DNA of 64,000 nt from Candidatus Ryanbacteria bacterium CG10_big_fil_rev_8_21_14_0_10_43_42 (GCA_002793915.1 PFEF01000010.1:60011-124010); one strand, 5' to 3'; positions 1 through 10,751 are shown, counted from the stretch's first letter. Numbers and translations are program-made. The notes: generated by a model from the sequence alone, not told the origin.

Positions 1-2
1 TT

Positions 3-326
3 ACGGTATTTCTTACACAGGCTACCGGTGTGTCTATGGTGCACGAGACGGTGTTCGATGGACGTCTTTTTTATACAAATGATGTAAATCGTATGGGTGC
101 GCACATTATTCAATGTGATTTACATCGCGCTATTGTGTTTGGCCCCACCTTGCTTCACGGACGTGTTATGGAAAGTCCGGATTTACGAGCGGGTATTGCA
201 TTTGTTATTGCGGCATTGATTGCAAAAGGGGAATCACGTATTGGTAATTTATATCATATTGACCGTGGTTATGAAGCACTTGATGAACGATTGCGTGCCA
301 TCGGTGCGGATATTCGGAGAGTGTAA
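3..326 (+). CDS. murA: UDP-N-acetylglucosamine 1-carboxyvinyltransferase, C-terminal part (truncated by window edge)
   Basis: Frame open from base 3; SPDLRAG and HIDRGYE motifs typical of the MurA C-terminus. Confidence 0.93.
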   Translation, partial: TVFLTQATGVSMVHETVFDGRLFYTNDVNRMGAHIIQCDLHRAIVFGPTLLHGRVMESPDLRAGIAFVIAALIAKGESRIGNLYHIDRGYEALDERLRAIGADIRRV

Positions 327-446
327 AGATCCGCGTACACTCAAGGACGAAAGGGTTAAGACTATGTTCATTGACAAATAGATAAAAATATGTGACATAT
401 AGCATGAACATATTTCTTTAAAAACAGAAACCGGAGGGAGAATCTC

Positions 447-2729
447 ATGAACAACGGTAGTGAATATCGGCAGGATCAGTATCCTGTGTCGGTATATGGT
501 ACAGAGAGCTACGTAGTGAACGGTTCTTATGGGTACGATCCGCGTCCATGGACGATGGAAACATGGATAAGCATTCTTAAAAAACAATGGCACATCATTG
601 TTTTTACGGTTTGTTTTTTATGCGTGTGCGGTATTTTCGAGGCGCGTATGAGCCCTAAGATGTACACGTCCCGTGCGCTTATTCAGATCAAAGCAGACAC
701 CTCTTCGCTTTTGGATAAAAAAGTTTTTCCGGGCGGTAATGAGCAAACATTTTACACTTCCCAAATGATTCTCCTTGAGGATCCTCATTTGGCGTGGGAG
801 GTGATACAGCGTGAGGGGCTTTATACTGATGGGGAAATGCTATCTGATCTCCAGGAATCTTTTCTGGAAGAATCCCAAAGTCCGTTTCAGAGTCTCATTT
901 ATTATATTCGGTCATTGCCGTTTATGCTTACGGATTATTCCGGAAATGAGCGATATCCGAAAGAAGGCACTGCACAAGATAATGATGCATATGAGCAAAT
1001 AAATGAAGAACGCAAAAAAAAACCATACACGGAAAAGTATGCACGTTTTTTGGATGTTGAACGGTATGGATCACCCGACACGGATATTGTGGCAGTCTCG
1101 TTTACTACGGGAGATCCGGTATTGTCTTTTTTGCTCGCCGCGGCACATAGCGATGCTTTTATGGATCGCGCCATGAAAACGGAATTCGCATCGAGTGAGT
1201 CGTCCCGTAATTTTTTGGGAAAAAAAGTGGAAGAGTTAAAAGAGAGACTAGCCGCCAATCAAAAAGAAGTTAATGCATTGCGTATACGAAGCGGGGACAT
1301 TCTCGTGGGCGATAAGGAAACGCTTGCCACAAGGGAAATGGGGAATTTGCAGTCTTCTTACGGAAAAGAGCGGGAAGCACGTATTTCTCTGGAGATGGCG
1401 TATACAGCGCTTGAAACAAGGGATAATTCGGTATTTATGAATAATCCCACTATACGGCAGGCGGAACAGGATCTTCTCACGGCGGAGTCTGTAAGAAATC
1501 AATTGCTCTCTTCGCTTACGCGCGAACATCCGCGCTTTAAAGAGGCAGAAGCAACCGTTCTTTCTGCGCGCAATTATCTGGAGAACATAAAAAAGGAAAT
1601 AAAGGAAAGAACGCTTTCCGATGTTCTTATTGCAAAAGCGCGAGAAGAAAAAGCGCGAGATGCATTACAAAAGAAGAGGGAGGAATATGAAACCAACTCG
1701 AATACGGTTGGTCCGAAGATTGCGTTTCTAGAAAGAGAAATCGAAATTAACGGAGGTATACTTTCCCGTTTGCAGGAAAAATTACAGACATTGCAAATGG
1801 CGTATCATATGCCTATTTCCTATATGCGCGTGGTGCAAAGGGCGGAATTTCCTTTTTACTATTCGTCTCCCAACGAGATGAATATTATTGTGTTGTGGAC
1901 GTGTGCGGGTTTTCTTTTCGGCATATTTTTTGCATGTGTGCGGGAATATTTTGATCGACAGTACTTATGGAGCAGAGAAGATGTCGAGACGGTAACGAAT
2001 CTTTCCGTTCTCGCTGATATTCCCCTGGAGGATAGCAATAATGAATTGATCGTGGGAAACGGTTTCCAGTCTCCTGCATCAGAGGCTATTAAAGGTTTTG
2101 CCGCATATATTCTTCAAAAGATAGATCCGCCGGGATCCATTCTTTTTGCAAGTGTTGAACCGGCCGCCGGAAAAACGTTTTTATTGGCAAATCTTGCACA
2201 CGCCCTATTGTTGCAGGAAAAGCGCATCGCATTTATAAGTGCGGATCTTCATCATCCTCGATGCGGTGAAATATTGGGGTTTAATGAGCAAGGTAAGGGA
2301 TTAAGCGATATTCTTATGCAAGAAAGCATGCCCGTTAAGGATTGTTTAGGAGAAATGGATACTATACGATTCTTTTTTATTCCTTGCGGCACGTATGTTC
2401 ATGACGCATCATCACTCCTTGCGTGTTCGCGAATGGTTGAACTTCTTAGGTGTTTGCGGGATAAGTTTGAGTATGTATTGATTGATGCACCTCCATTACT
2501 ATTATCCGATTGGCATGTATTGGCGCGGCAGACGGATTACGTGTTTCCCGTTGTACGCTCCGGGCGTATAACGAATGCTGATTTTGAAAATCTTGTACGC
2601 AGTCTTGCTCATATGAAGATTAAGGTGCCCGGTATTTTGCTTAACGGTACCGATGGAACAAAGTCGTTATATTCTGCAAAATACGACTATAATGATTTTG
2701 AAAGGAATAATATGAGAAATGAGACCTAG
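447..2729 (+). CDS. Wzc/GumC-type polysaccharide co-polymerase with BY-kinase domain
   Basis: N-terminal TM followed by PKMY motif, long coiled-coil, second TM after SPN, Walker A (SVEPAAGKT), A' (SADLHHP), B (VLIDAPP), short Tyr tail. Confidence 0.85.
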   Translation: MNNGSEYRQDQYPVSVYGTESYVVNGSYGYDPRPWTMETWISILKKQWHIIVFTVCFLCVCGIFEARMSPKMYTSRALIQIKADTSSLLDKKVFPGGNEQTFYTSQMILLEDPHLAWEVIQREGLYTDGEMLSDLQESFLEESQSPFQSLIYYIRSLPFMLTDYSGNERYPKEGTAQDNDAYEQINEERKKKPYTEKYARFLDVERYGSPDTDIVAVSFTTGDPVLSFLLAAAHSDAFMDRAMKTEFASSESSRNFLGKKVEELKERLAANQKEVNALRIRSGDILVGDKETLATREMGNLQSSYGKEREARISLEMAYTALETRDNSVFMNNPTIRQAEQDLLTAESVRNQLLSSLTREHPRFKEAEATVLSARNYLENIKKEIKERTLSDVLIAKAREEKARDALQKKREEYETNSNTVGPKIAFLEREIEINGGILSRLQEKLQTLQMAYHMPISYMRVVQRAEFPFYYSSPNEMNIIVLWTCAGFLFGIFFACVREYFDRQYLWSREDVETVTNLSVLADIPLEDSNNELIVGNGFQSPASEAIKGFAAYILQKIDPPGSILFASVEPAAGKTFLLANLAHALLLQEKRIAFISADLHHPRCGEILGFNEQGKGLSDILMQESMPVKDCLGEMDTIRFFFIPCGTYVHDASSLLACSRMVELLRCLRDKFEYVLIDAPPLLLSDWHVLARQTDYVFPVVRSGRITNADFENLVRSLAHMKIKVPGILLNGTDGTKSLYSAKYDYNDFERNNMRNET

Positions 2730-2738
2730 ACCCATATT

Positions 2739-2766
2739 AGGAACAAGTAACACTTGTTCCTTTTTT
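2739..2766 (+). terminator. Rho-independent terminator
   Basis: AGGAACAAGT-aac-ACTTGTTCCT followed by a T run, just after the Wzc-like gene. Confidence 0.8.
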
Positions 2767-2825
2767 CATACATGCTTTTTTGATTTTCAAGGGTAAACGG
2801 TGTAGATTGGATATACACTCTCTTT

Positions 2826-3851
2826 ATGATTTTCAATTCATTTACGCGAAAATTGGGCATTGATCTCGGAACGGCGAATACGCTTGTTTTTGTGCCGGGG
2901 AAGGGTATTGTGTTAAACGAGCCCTCCGTAGTGGCGGTTTCTACTCTTGAAAATAAGGTTCTTGCCGTGGGAAATGAGGCAAAGATAATGATTGGACGAA
3001 CGCCCGAAGCGATTACGGCGTATCAACCTATGCGGGACGGCGCTATTGCGGATTATCGGGTAACGGAAGCGATGTTGCGATATTTTATATCAAAGGCATT
3101 GGGACGATTCCAGATATTAAAGCCGGAAGTAATGATATCGGTTCCTGCCGGCGTTACATCAACGGAACGAAGGTCGGTAGTGGAAGCCGCCGTTAAAGCG
3201 GGCGCCAAAGCCGCTTATGTCGTAAAAGAACCGATATTGGCGGCTATTGGCGCCGGTATTCCCATTTATGAGCCCACCGGACATATGGTGGTGGATATTG
3301 GGGGCGGTACTACGGATGTTGCCGTTATTTCACTTGGCGGCATTGTGGCGTCTACTTCGGTAAAGGTAGCGGGTAATAAAATAGATCAGGCTATTGCCGA
3401 TTATATTAAAAAACATATGAATCTGGCTATTGGGGACAGAACAGCTGAAGAGATTAAGATAGCGGTGGGTTCCGCTATTCCGCAAGAAGAAGAAATAACA
3501 TATGAAATCCGTGGGCGGGATTTTTTAACCGGTCTTCCACGAACGGCGGAGATTACAACGAACGATGTGGTGGAGGCTATAGGAGATAAATTGGAAGAAA
3601 TGGTGCGCGCCACCAAGACCGTACTTCAAGAAACACCGCCGGAACTGGCAGCCGATGTTATTGATCATGGTATTATTATGACGGGAGGCGGATCTCTTTT
3701 ACGTAATATAGATGAACTAGTATTTCGTTCAACAGGTGTACCGGCGCGTATTGCAAAAGATGCCCAGTTGTGTGTTGTACGCGGAACCGGTGTTGCTCTT
3801 GATCATCTGGATGTATATAAACGCAGTATCGTATCAAAAAAATACGTATGA
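2826..3851 (+). CDS. mreB: Rod shape-determining protein MreB (paralogue 1)
   Basis: GIDLGTANT, VDIGGGTTD and TGGGSLL actin-fold motifs. Confidence 0.95.
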   Translation: MIFNSFTRKLGIDLGTANTLVFVPGKGIVLNEPSVVAVSTLENKVLAVGNEAKIMIGRTPEAITAYQPMRDGAIADYRVTEAMLRYFISKALGRFQILKPEVMISVPAGVTSTERRSVVEAAVKAGAKAAYVVKEPILAAIGAGIPIYEPTGHMVVDIGGGTTDVAVISLGGIVASTSVKVAGNKIDQAIADYIKKHMNLAIGDRTAEEIKIAVGSAIPQEEEITYEIRGRDFLTGLPRTAEITTNDVVEAIGDKLEEMVRATKTVLQETPPELAADVIDHGIIMTGGGSLLRNIDELVFRSTGVPARIAKDAQLCVVRGTGVALDHLDVYKRSIVSKKYV

Positions 3852-4801
3852 TTATTGTTGGACACGAACGGCAAGTAAACATACTGGACACACATATTAG
3901 GCGTGATACCATATCGCACGCATATTTGTTTTCGGGAATGTCTCATGTTGGAAAAGCAACAATAGCGCGCATGTTCGTTGCATCATTGTTGTGTGAAAAA
4001 CGTCCGGCGGGCATTCTTGCTTCGTGTGGTTTATGCCGGACATGCCGTGCTATAGAAAACAAAAATCACCCCGATATATTTACCGTATCTTCAATGACAG
4101 AGGAACGATCACGCGATTACATTAGTCTGGATGCGATTCGAAATATGCGAAAACACATGGGACGCACTGCACTTCTTGGTGCGTATAATATAGCTTTTAT
4201 TGATGATGCTTCTTTTTTAGGTCGCGAAGCGGCAAATGCATTTTTAAAGATATTGGAGGATCCTCCGGAAAAGACAATCTTTATATTAATAACAACCAGC
4301 AAGGATACAATACTGCCGACAATTTTTTCTCGTGTTTGGCATATGGCATTTTGGCCGGTTTCTGCTTCTGCTATTGAACGCTATAGCATGCATGAGTATG
4401 GATGGAGTGAGGAAAAAGCACGCAGTGTGGGCGCATATGCTTACGGACGGCCGGGCATGGTATGTCTTTTTCATGAGAATAATATAGCTATGGCGGAGGG
4501 GGAAAAAAGAAAAAATGAACATGCCGCGAGGCACACTACGCCACTTTCTCGTCAGTTTTCCGCCGTGGAAGACCGTATTAAACATGATGGGATGCACGAT
4601 GCGTGGTATACTGATTCTATAGGACCTCTCGTGCGTGCATTGGAGGAGTGTCTTTGCGGGCGTTCATATACCGGTGTTTCCGCCCGGCGCGTTGCCGCAT
4701 GGATAAGAAATGAGCTTGCGGAACAGACGGATCTTAAGCTTCCGTACATACAAAAAAAGATGCGTATGGAAGCGAATATTCTCACAAATTACACATTATG
4801 A
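3848..4801 (+). CDS. holB: DNA polymerase III delta-prime subunit
   Basis: HAYLFSG..GK, CxxCxxC zinc module, HPD, AANAFLKILEDPP, LPTIFSR. Confidence 0.88.
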   Translation: MIIVGHERQVNILDTHIRRDTISHAYLFSGMSHVGKATIARMFVASLLCEKRPAGILASCGLCRTCRAIENKNHPDIFTVSSMTEERSRDYISLDAIRNMRKHMGRTALLGAYNIAFIDDASFLGREAANAFLKILEDPPEKTIFILITTSKDTILPTIFSRVWHMAFWPVSASAIERYSMHEYGWSEEKARSVGAYAYGRPGMVCLFHENNIAMAEGEKRKNEHAARHTTPLSRQFSAVEDRIKHDGMHDAWYTDSIGPLVRALEECLCGRSYTGVSARRVAAWIRNELAEQTDLKLPYIQKKMRMEANILTNYTL

Positions 4802-5868
4802 ATCAGCGCATAAAAACGATTATTCTTATTTCTATTGCTATTGTTTCCGCTATCATTGTATTTTTGGCGGCATTCTTATTTTTTTCCCGGAATAGCGAGG
4901 AAGAGATTATAAAAGAGCCGATTGCGCATGATCCCGATTCAACCGTTTTTCTTTCGGAGAATGGAGGAATGGAGTGGCGGGGCGTTGAAGATATTCGGTT
5001 CTCTGTTGAAAAGTTTATGTTTACAAGTGATGGCAGGGTGCTGTATACGGGCACTAATGGAGACGGATTCTGGCAATCGGAAAATGGAGGACGCGCTTTT
5101 TCGCTTGTTGAAGATAAGAATACCATAGTTGATGCTCATAGTAGTATATTTGATATTGCGCTTCCCGCATCAAGACCGCCCGAAGCATATGTTGCTGTAT
5201 TTACCGACGATAAGGGACGTATTGTTACTTTGCAGGATGAAGGATTTACGGAAATATACTTTTCTCCGCTTAATCGAACGGCGGTATCAGCTCTTGCTCT
5301 TGATCCGGCGGATGATAGTCGTTTGTTTTTTATATCTGATGTCGGATTTTTTGAGTCTCGTGATGCGGGGTCTACATGGCGAGTGGTGCATCGGTTTACT
5401 CGTCCGGTGGAGTACTTACTTGCACATCCGCGGAGGACGGGTGTTTTCTGGGCGATTACTTCTCGGGGAGAACTTTTTCATAGTACCGATTATGGTGTGA
5501 CATGGGAAAACATAAACAGTCGTTTTCGCCAATTTCGTGGCGCAAACTCAATAAAAAATATCTTTATTGATAAAACAGATCGTTTATATATGATATCGGA
5601 AGAGGGACTCTTTACATCTGTTGATGCTGGTGTAACATGGGAAGAAATTCCGTTAATCGTACCACCTGATTCATTGCCTATAACGGCATTTGCCGTGGAT
5701 CCGAATGATGTTCGACGCATATATGTTGCCGCAGAGGCGCAATTGTATACCAGTACGGACGGCGGGGATTCATGGCAGGGAAGAGATTTTGGTGGACGAA
5801 GAACAATTAAGGCCATTGCTATTGATCCGCGGGATTCGAATAGGATACTTATTGGTTTTGATAGATAA
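4798..5868 (+). CDS. Membrane-anchored BNR/Asp-box beta-propeller protein
   Basis: N-terminal TM; repeated SxDxGxxW boxes (SRDAGSTW, STDYGVTW, SVDAGVTW, STDGGDSW, plus SENGG variants). Confidence 0.8.
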   Translation: MNQRIKTIILISIAIVSAIIVFLAAFLFFSRNSEEEIIKEPIAHDPDSTVFLSENGGMEWRGVEDIRFSVEKFMFTSDGRVLYTGTNGDGFWQSENGGRAFSLVEDKNTIVDAHSSIFDIALPASRPPEAYVAVFTDDKGRIVTLQDEGFTEIYFSPLNRTAVSALALDPADDSRLFFISDVGFFESRDAGSTWRVVHRFTRPVEYLLAHPRRTGVFWAITSRGELFHSTDYGVTWENINSRFRQFRGANSIKNIFIDKTDRLYMISEEGLFTSVDAGVTWEEIPLIVPPDSLPITAFAVDPNDVRRIYVAAEAQLYTSTDGGDSWQGRDFGGRRTIKAIAIDPRDSNRILIGFDR

Positions 5869-5884
5869 TATTATATCTAAAAAT

Positions 5885-6439
5885 ATGCAAGATATCATAA
5901 AACAATATAATACGGAGCTTGATGCCATTATAGAATGGTTTCGAAATGAAATTTCATCTCTGCGTACGGGACGCGCCACACCCGCTTTAGTGGAAGATAT
6001 AGAAGTTGATCAATATGAAACAAAAACACCTTTAAAACACATTGCTTCCATTTCCACGCCGGATGCCCGTACTATTTATATTCAGCCATGGGATAAAAGC
6101 GCCATGGAAGGTATTATACGTGCTATTGAACACTCATCTCTACAATTGTCTCCTGTGGGTGATACGAATGCGGTTCGTATTACACTTCCTCCTCTTACGG
6201 AGGAGCGCCGGCGGGATTTGGTAAAAATTTTAAATACGAAAACAGAGGATGCGCGCGTGCGATCTCGAGTGCGGCGCGATGAAATATTAAAAAAGATTCA
6301 AAACAGCGAGAAAGCAAAAGAAATCGGCGAGGATGATAAATTTCGTGCGAAAGATGACGTACAAAAGCAGGTAGACGCATTTAATACCGTACTGGAAGAT
6401 GTACGCGCAAGGAAAGAAAAAGAGATTATGGAGGTCTGA
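5885..6439 (+). CDS. frr: Ribosome recycling factor
   Basis: LRTGRATP, IQPWD, PPLTEERR; ATG at 5885 preferred over the ORF-track start at 5690. Confidence 0.95.
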   Translation: MQDIIKQYNTELDAIIEWFRNEISSLRTGRATPALVEDIEVDQYETKTPLKHIASISTPDARTIYIQPWDKSAMEGIIRAIEHSSLQLSPVGDTNAVRITLPPLTEERRRDLVKILNTKTEDARVRSRVRRDEILKKIQNSEKAKEIGEDDKFRAKDDVQKQVDAFNTVLEDVRARKEKEIMEV

Positions 6440-6472
6440 TACATGCGATTACAAATATAAAACATAACAATC

Positions 6473-7549
6473 ATGTTTACCGTCTTAATATTTTTGGCCG
6501 TTATAGCAATACTCGTGTTATCCCATGAATTTGGGCATTTTATGGCGGCCAAGATGCGGGGTATGCGTGTGGATGAATTCGGATTCGGATTTCCGCCAAA
6601 AATCTTCGGTAAAAAATGGGGAGAAACGGAATACACATTTAATCTATTTCCGTTTGGTGGCTTTGTAAAAATTTGGGGAGAGGATGAAGTGGAAGAAACG
6701 GACAATATGCGTAATTTTATTGCTCACGGAACCGGAAGTAAGTTTATCGTCATTGCCGCCGGTGTAATGATGAATATATTACTTGCTTATGTACTGTTCA
6801 CGATCGGACATATTGCGGGACTTCCTACGGCCGTTGATGATGAAACGCTTGCGCGTAATGTGCAGGTGCAGATTATTGAAGTAGCGGCTCTATCACCGGC
6901 GGCGGATGCGGGAGTACTTTCAGGAGACACTATTACGTATCTTGCATATAATGAAGAACGTATTTCTGTTCAGAATATTGAAGATGTGCAGGACGGTATA
7001 GCGTCTCACCTGGGAGAACAGATAACGCTTGGTCTCATGCGAGGGGATGAAGAAATTACGCTTTCAATAACACCGCGTACTCATCCGCCCGAAGGAGAAG
7101 GTGCTCTTGGTATCGCTATGCTGAAAACAGGTATCGTTTCGGTGCCGTGGTACCGGGCTCCGTGGGAGGGGCTTAAAACAACGGCCGCTCTCACATCTGC
7201 CGTTACAGGAGGGTTATGGTCATTTTTTGCGAATTTATTTCATACAGGCGAGGTTTTGGGAGAAGTGGCGGGTCCCGTGGGTATCGCACAAGTTGCCGGG
7301 CAGGCGGGACGGCTTGGATTTATCTACCTTCTACAGCTTACCGCTCTTTTATCCATTAATCTCGCCATATTAAACATACTTCCTATTCCGGCATTGGACG
7401 GTGGACGTATGTTATTTCTCATTATTGAAAAATTGCGTGGCAGACCTATAAGCGCTCTTTTTGCTCAACGCGCCCATGCTACGGGGTTTATTGCCCTTAT
7501 TCTTCTTATGATAATTATTACCTATAAGGATATTGTCCGCATTTTTTAA
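6473..7549 (+). CDS. rseP: Site-2 intramembrane metalloprotease (M50) with PDZ domain
   Basis: HEFGH, GFGFPP, NILPIPALDGG. Confidence 0.92.
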   Translation: MFTVLIFLAVIAILVLSHEFGHFMAAKMRGMRVDEFGFGFPPKIFGKKWGETEYTFNLFPFGGFVKIWGEDEVEETDNMRNFIAHGTGSKFIVIAAGVMMNILLAYVLFTIGHIAGLPTAVDDETLARNVQVQIIEVAALSPAADAGVLSGDTITYLAYNEERISVQNIEDVQDGIASHLGEQITLGLMRGDEEITLSITPRTHPPEGEGALGIAMLKTGIVSVPWYRAPWEGLKTTAALTSAVTGGLWSFFANLFHTGEVLGEVAGPVGIAQVAGQAGRLGFIYLLQLTALLSINLAILNILPIPALDGGRMLFLIIEKLRGRPISALFAQRAHATGFIALILLMIIITYKDIVRIF

Positions 7550-7618
7550 AAGAGGCGAGTATCTTTAGTATATTGGCGCCTCTTTGATTCTGTGCCCGTT
7601 TTCGCGTATACTAAGCAC

Positions 7619-8863
7619 GTGAAGCAATCAGAATTATTTACGAAAACACTACGGGAGGCACCTCATGATGATATCTCGGTCAATGCACAACTTCTTGCCC
7701 GCGGTGGTTTTATATATAAAGAAATGGCCGGCGTGTATGCATATTTACCGCTTGGTTTTCGTGTCCTTAGAAAAATAGAACAGATTGTACGCGAAGAAAT
7801 GAACGCGTTGGGCGGGCAAGAGCTTATCATGACATCACTCCAGAGAAAAGAACTATGGGAGACAACCGATCGATGGGATGATAAAAGTGTAGATGTTTGG
7901 TTTAAATCAAAACTTCATGCGGGTGGTGAGGTTGGGTTTGCTTGGTCGCATGAGGAGCCGATTGCGACCATGATGAAAAATCATATTGAAAGTTTTCGCG
8001 ACTTGCCGGTGTATGTATATCAGTTTCAAACAAAATTGAGGAATGAGCTTCGTGCAAAAAGCGGCATCATTCGGGGACGAGAGTTTGTGATGAATGACAT
8101 GTATTCATTTTCTCTTGGTCAGGAAGATCATGACGCATTTTATAATGCTGCAATAGAAGCGTATAAAAATGTATATAGGCGGGTGGGTATTGGTGAAGAC
8201 ACTTTCGTCACGTTTGCATCGGGCGGCGCATTCACTAAATTCAGTCATGAGTTTCAGACTATTACTGAAGCGGGCGAGGACGTTATCTATATCAACCGCC
8301 ATAAGAATATTGCAATTAATGAGGAGGTGTTAAACGAGCAAACATTGAAAAGTCTTGGTATCGAGCGTGGGGATCTTGAGAAGGTAAAAACAGCGGAGGT
8401 AGGGAATATTTTTAATTTCGGAACCAAAAAGTCTGAAGATCTTGGTTTATGGTATTCTTCCAAGAACGACGAGAAAATTCCGGTATGGCTTGGTTCATAC
8501 GGTATCGGTATTACGCGTCTTATGGGTGTGTTGGTGGAAAAATTTGCAGATGAAAGGGGGATTATATGGCCGGAAGCAGTGGCTCCTTTTCGGGCGCATG
8601 TTATTGTACTGGATGATAAAAATGCGGAAGCGGAACGAGTCGTGTCTCTATTGGAGGAAGCCGGTATAGAGGTATTGTATGATGATCGTTCTCATAAGAC
8701 AGCCGGAGAAAAATTTGCCGACGCTGATTTAATAGGTATTCCGTATCGTATCGTCGTAAGCAAGCGGGCCAGTGAAAAGGGCGGGTATGAAATAAAACGG
8801 CGCAATGAAGAGAAAGCGCACATTGCAGAAATGGAAGAAATAATACGGCAGTGTTCCTCGTAA
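7619..8863 (+). CDS. proS: Proline--tRNA ligase, short form lacking the INS editing domain
   Basis: KQSELF start (GTG 7619), QTKLRNELR, RGREF, GSYGIG, GEKFADADLIGIP. Confidence 0.92.
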   Translation: MKQSELFTKTLREAPHDDISVNAQLLARGGFIYKEMAGVYAYLPLGFRVLRKIEQIVREEMNALGGQELIMTSLQRKELWETTDRWDDKSVDVWFKSKLHAGGEVGFAWSHEEPIATMMKNHIESFRDLPVYVYQFQTKLRNELRAKSGIIRGREFVMNDMYSFSLGQEDHDAFYNAAIEAYKNVYRRVGIGEDTFVTFASGGAFTKFSHEFQTITEAGEDVIYINRHKNIAINEEVLNEQTLKSLGIERGDLEKVKTAEVGNIFNFGTKKSEDLGLWYSSKNDEKIPVWLGSYGIGITRLMGVLVEKFADERGIIWPEAVAPFRAHVIVLDDKNAEAERVVSLLEEAGIEVLYDDRSHKTAGEKFADADLIGIPYRIVVSKRASEKGGYEIKRRNEEKAHIAEMEEIIRQCSS

Positions 8864-8880
8864 TGTCTAATGCATAATAT

Positions 8881-9933
8881 ATGTTTGATAAACTTTTTAG
8901 TTTTTTCTCAAAGGATATTGGGATTGATTTAGGGACGGCAAATACTTTGGTTTATGTAAATGGATCGGGTATTCTTATTAACGAGCCGTCCGTTGTTGCT
9001 ATTAACCAAAAAACGGGACATGTGGTTGCTGTGGGAAATGAAGCAAAGCGCATGGTGGGACGCACACCCGGGCATATTGTTGCCGTCCGCCCTTTAGTAG
9101 AGGGAGTTATTTCTGACTTTGAAATTACGGAAGAGATGATGAAATATTTTATCGGAAAGGTACAGGAGGGGCGTTTTGGTCTTTTGGCGCGTCCGCGGGT
9201 TGTTATTGGGATTCCATCCGCTACAACGGAGGTGGAGCGTCGGGCGGTGCGGGATGCGGCTATTAATGCCGGTGCGCGCGAGGTTCATTTGGTGGAAGAA
9301 CCCATGGCGGCGGCTGTCGGTATACGTATGCCGATACAGGAGCCGGTGGGTAATATGGTAGTTGATATCGGAGGAGGAACAACGGATATTGCCGTTATTT
9401 CTCTTGGCGGTATTGTAGCTTCCCGTAATATAAAGGTTGCCGGGGATCGTCTCAATGAAGATATTATCCAATTTGCCCGTGATGAATTTAAAATTCTCAT
9501 AGGAGAGCGCACGGCGGAAGACATTAAAATAACGGCGGGATCCGCGTGGGAAGGAGATGAAGATGTTGAAACGACCATGCGAGGAAGGGATCTTATTACC
9601 GGACTTCCGCGTGAAGTGGTAATAACGAGCACGGATACGCGGGATGCCCTTGATAAATCAATAAAAGCAATCGTGTCCTCTATCAAAGAAGTTATCGAGA
9701 GTACGCCGCCCGAGTTGGTGGCGGATGTTATGCATCGCGGTATTATATTAGTAGGAGGAGGAGCTCTTTTACGTGGACTTGATAGAGTTATTGAAAAAGC
9801 GACCAAAATGCCGGTACGATTATCAGATGATCCGCTTACAGCGGTTGTGCGTGGCACCGGTGTTATTTTGGAGGATTTGGATATGCTACGAGAGGTTCTT
9901 TTGGAACATGAACGCGAGGTGGTGCCGCAATAG
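8881..9933 (+). CDS. mreB: Rod shape-determining protein MreB (paralogue 2, in mreBCD-mrdA operon)
   Basis: GIDLGTANT, VDIGGGTTD, GGGALL; synteny. Confidence 0.96.
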   Translation: MFDKLFSFFSKDIGIDLGTANTLVYVNGSGILINEPSVVAINQKTGHVVAVGNEAKRMVGRTPGHIVAVRPLVEGVISDFEITEEMMKYFIGKVQEGRFGLLARPRVVIGIPSATTEVERRAVRDAAINAGAREVHLVEEPMAAAVGIRMPIQEPVGNMVVDIGGGTTDIAVISLGGIVASRNIKVAGDRLNEDIIQFARDEFKILIGERTAEDIKITAGSAWEGDEDVETTMRGRDLITGLPREVVITSTDTRDALDKSIKAIVSSIKEVIESTPPELVADVMHRGIILVGGGALLRGLDRVIEKATKMPVRLSDDPLTAVVRGTGVILEDLDMLREVLLEHEREVVPQ

Positions 9934-9969
9934 TTATTTTATGTACATAAGATTTTTTTAAAAAAACAT

Positions 9970-10731
9970 ATGCTTAAAAAATACGGCATCAGTGCTTTTG
10001 TTATTGTTTTTTTTCTTCTCACTGCCATAGGAGGTTTTTTGAAGCCGGTGGAGACAGGCGCTCTGCGTGTGGTACGTCCGTTGCTTATAGTGTTAGACAA
10101 GACAGGACAATTTGCAGGATCTTTTACAAGTACGATAGCGCGCATTCCTTATAATAGCGAAGAAGTACGTGTATTGCGTATGGAGGTTGCCGCTCTGCGT
10201 GCGGATCTTGCCTATAAAGAGGATTTGGAACGGGAAAATATCCTTCTTCGTTCTATGGCCGGAAGAGGAGCGGAAGAAGAATCCTATGTGTTGGCGCGCG
10301 TTATAGGGCGTTCGTTCAACGGACTGGATGATTCTATCGTTTTGGATATCGGATCGGCGGAAGGAATTGAGACAGGGTTTCCGGTTTTGGCGGAGGGAGC
10401 AATACATATCGGATTTGTGGAGGAGGTGACGCATAATAGTGCGCGCGTCCGTCTTTTTTCGCGTATCGGTGAAAGACAGGAGGTGTATCTTCCCGAATCT
10501 TCGGTGTCTTCAGTTGCCGAGGGAGAGGGGTTGGGGGTAATTACTCTTCATGTTCCGGACAGTATTGCCATTACAAAAGGAGAGCCGGTGTTTAGTGCCG
10601 GACAACGCGATTATTTTTTAGGATTTGTGGAGGCAGTGTCACGCGTGGAATCAGGCCCTTTTCAAATTATAAAAATGGGATTGCCTTTTTCCGTTCGAGA
10701 CGTGCGAGATGTGTTTGTGATCCTTAATTAA
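9970..10731 (+). CDS. mreC: Rod shape-determining protein MreC
   Basis: TM, coiled coil (LERENILLR), ARVIGR, LDIGSAEGI; synteny. Confidence 0.88.
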   Translation: MLKKYGISAFVIVFFLLTAIGGFLKPVETGALRVVRPLLIVLDKTGQFAGSFTSTIARIPYNSEEVRVLRMEVAALRADLAYKEDLERENILLRSMAGRGAEEESYVLARVIGRSFNGLDDSIVLDIGSAEGIETGFPVLAEGAIHIGFVEEVTHNSARVRLFSRIGERQEVYLPESSVSSVAEGEGLGVITLHVPDSIAITKGEPVFSAGQRDYFLGFVEAVSRVESGPFQIIKMGLPFSVRDVRDVFVILN

Positions 10732-10751
10732 TTATTCGTCGTTTTATTTTC

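Noticed and set aside
5690-5884. N-terminal extensions of frr (and similarly recR 29997-30113 and the sigma factor 15373-15480)
   Set aside because: Artefacts of longest-ORF calling; the conserved protein or SD begins at the downstream ATG
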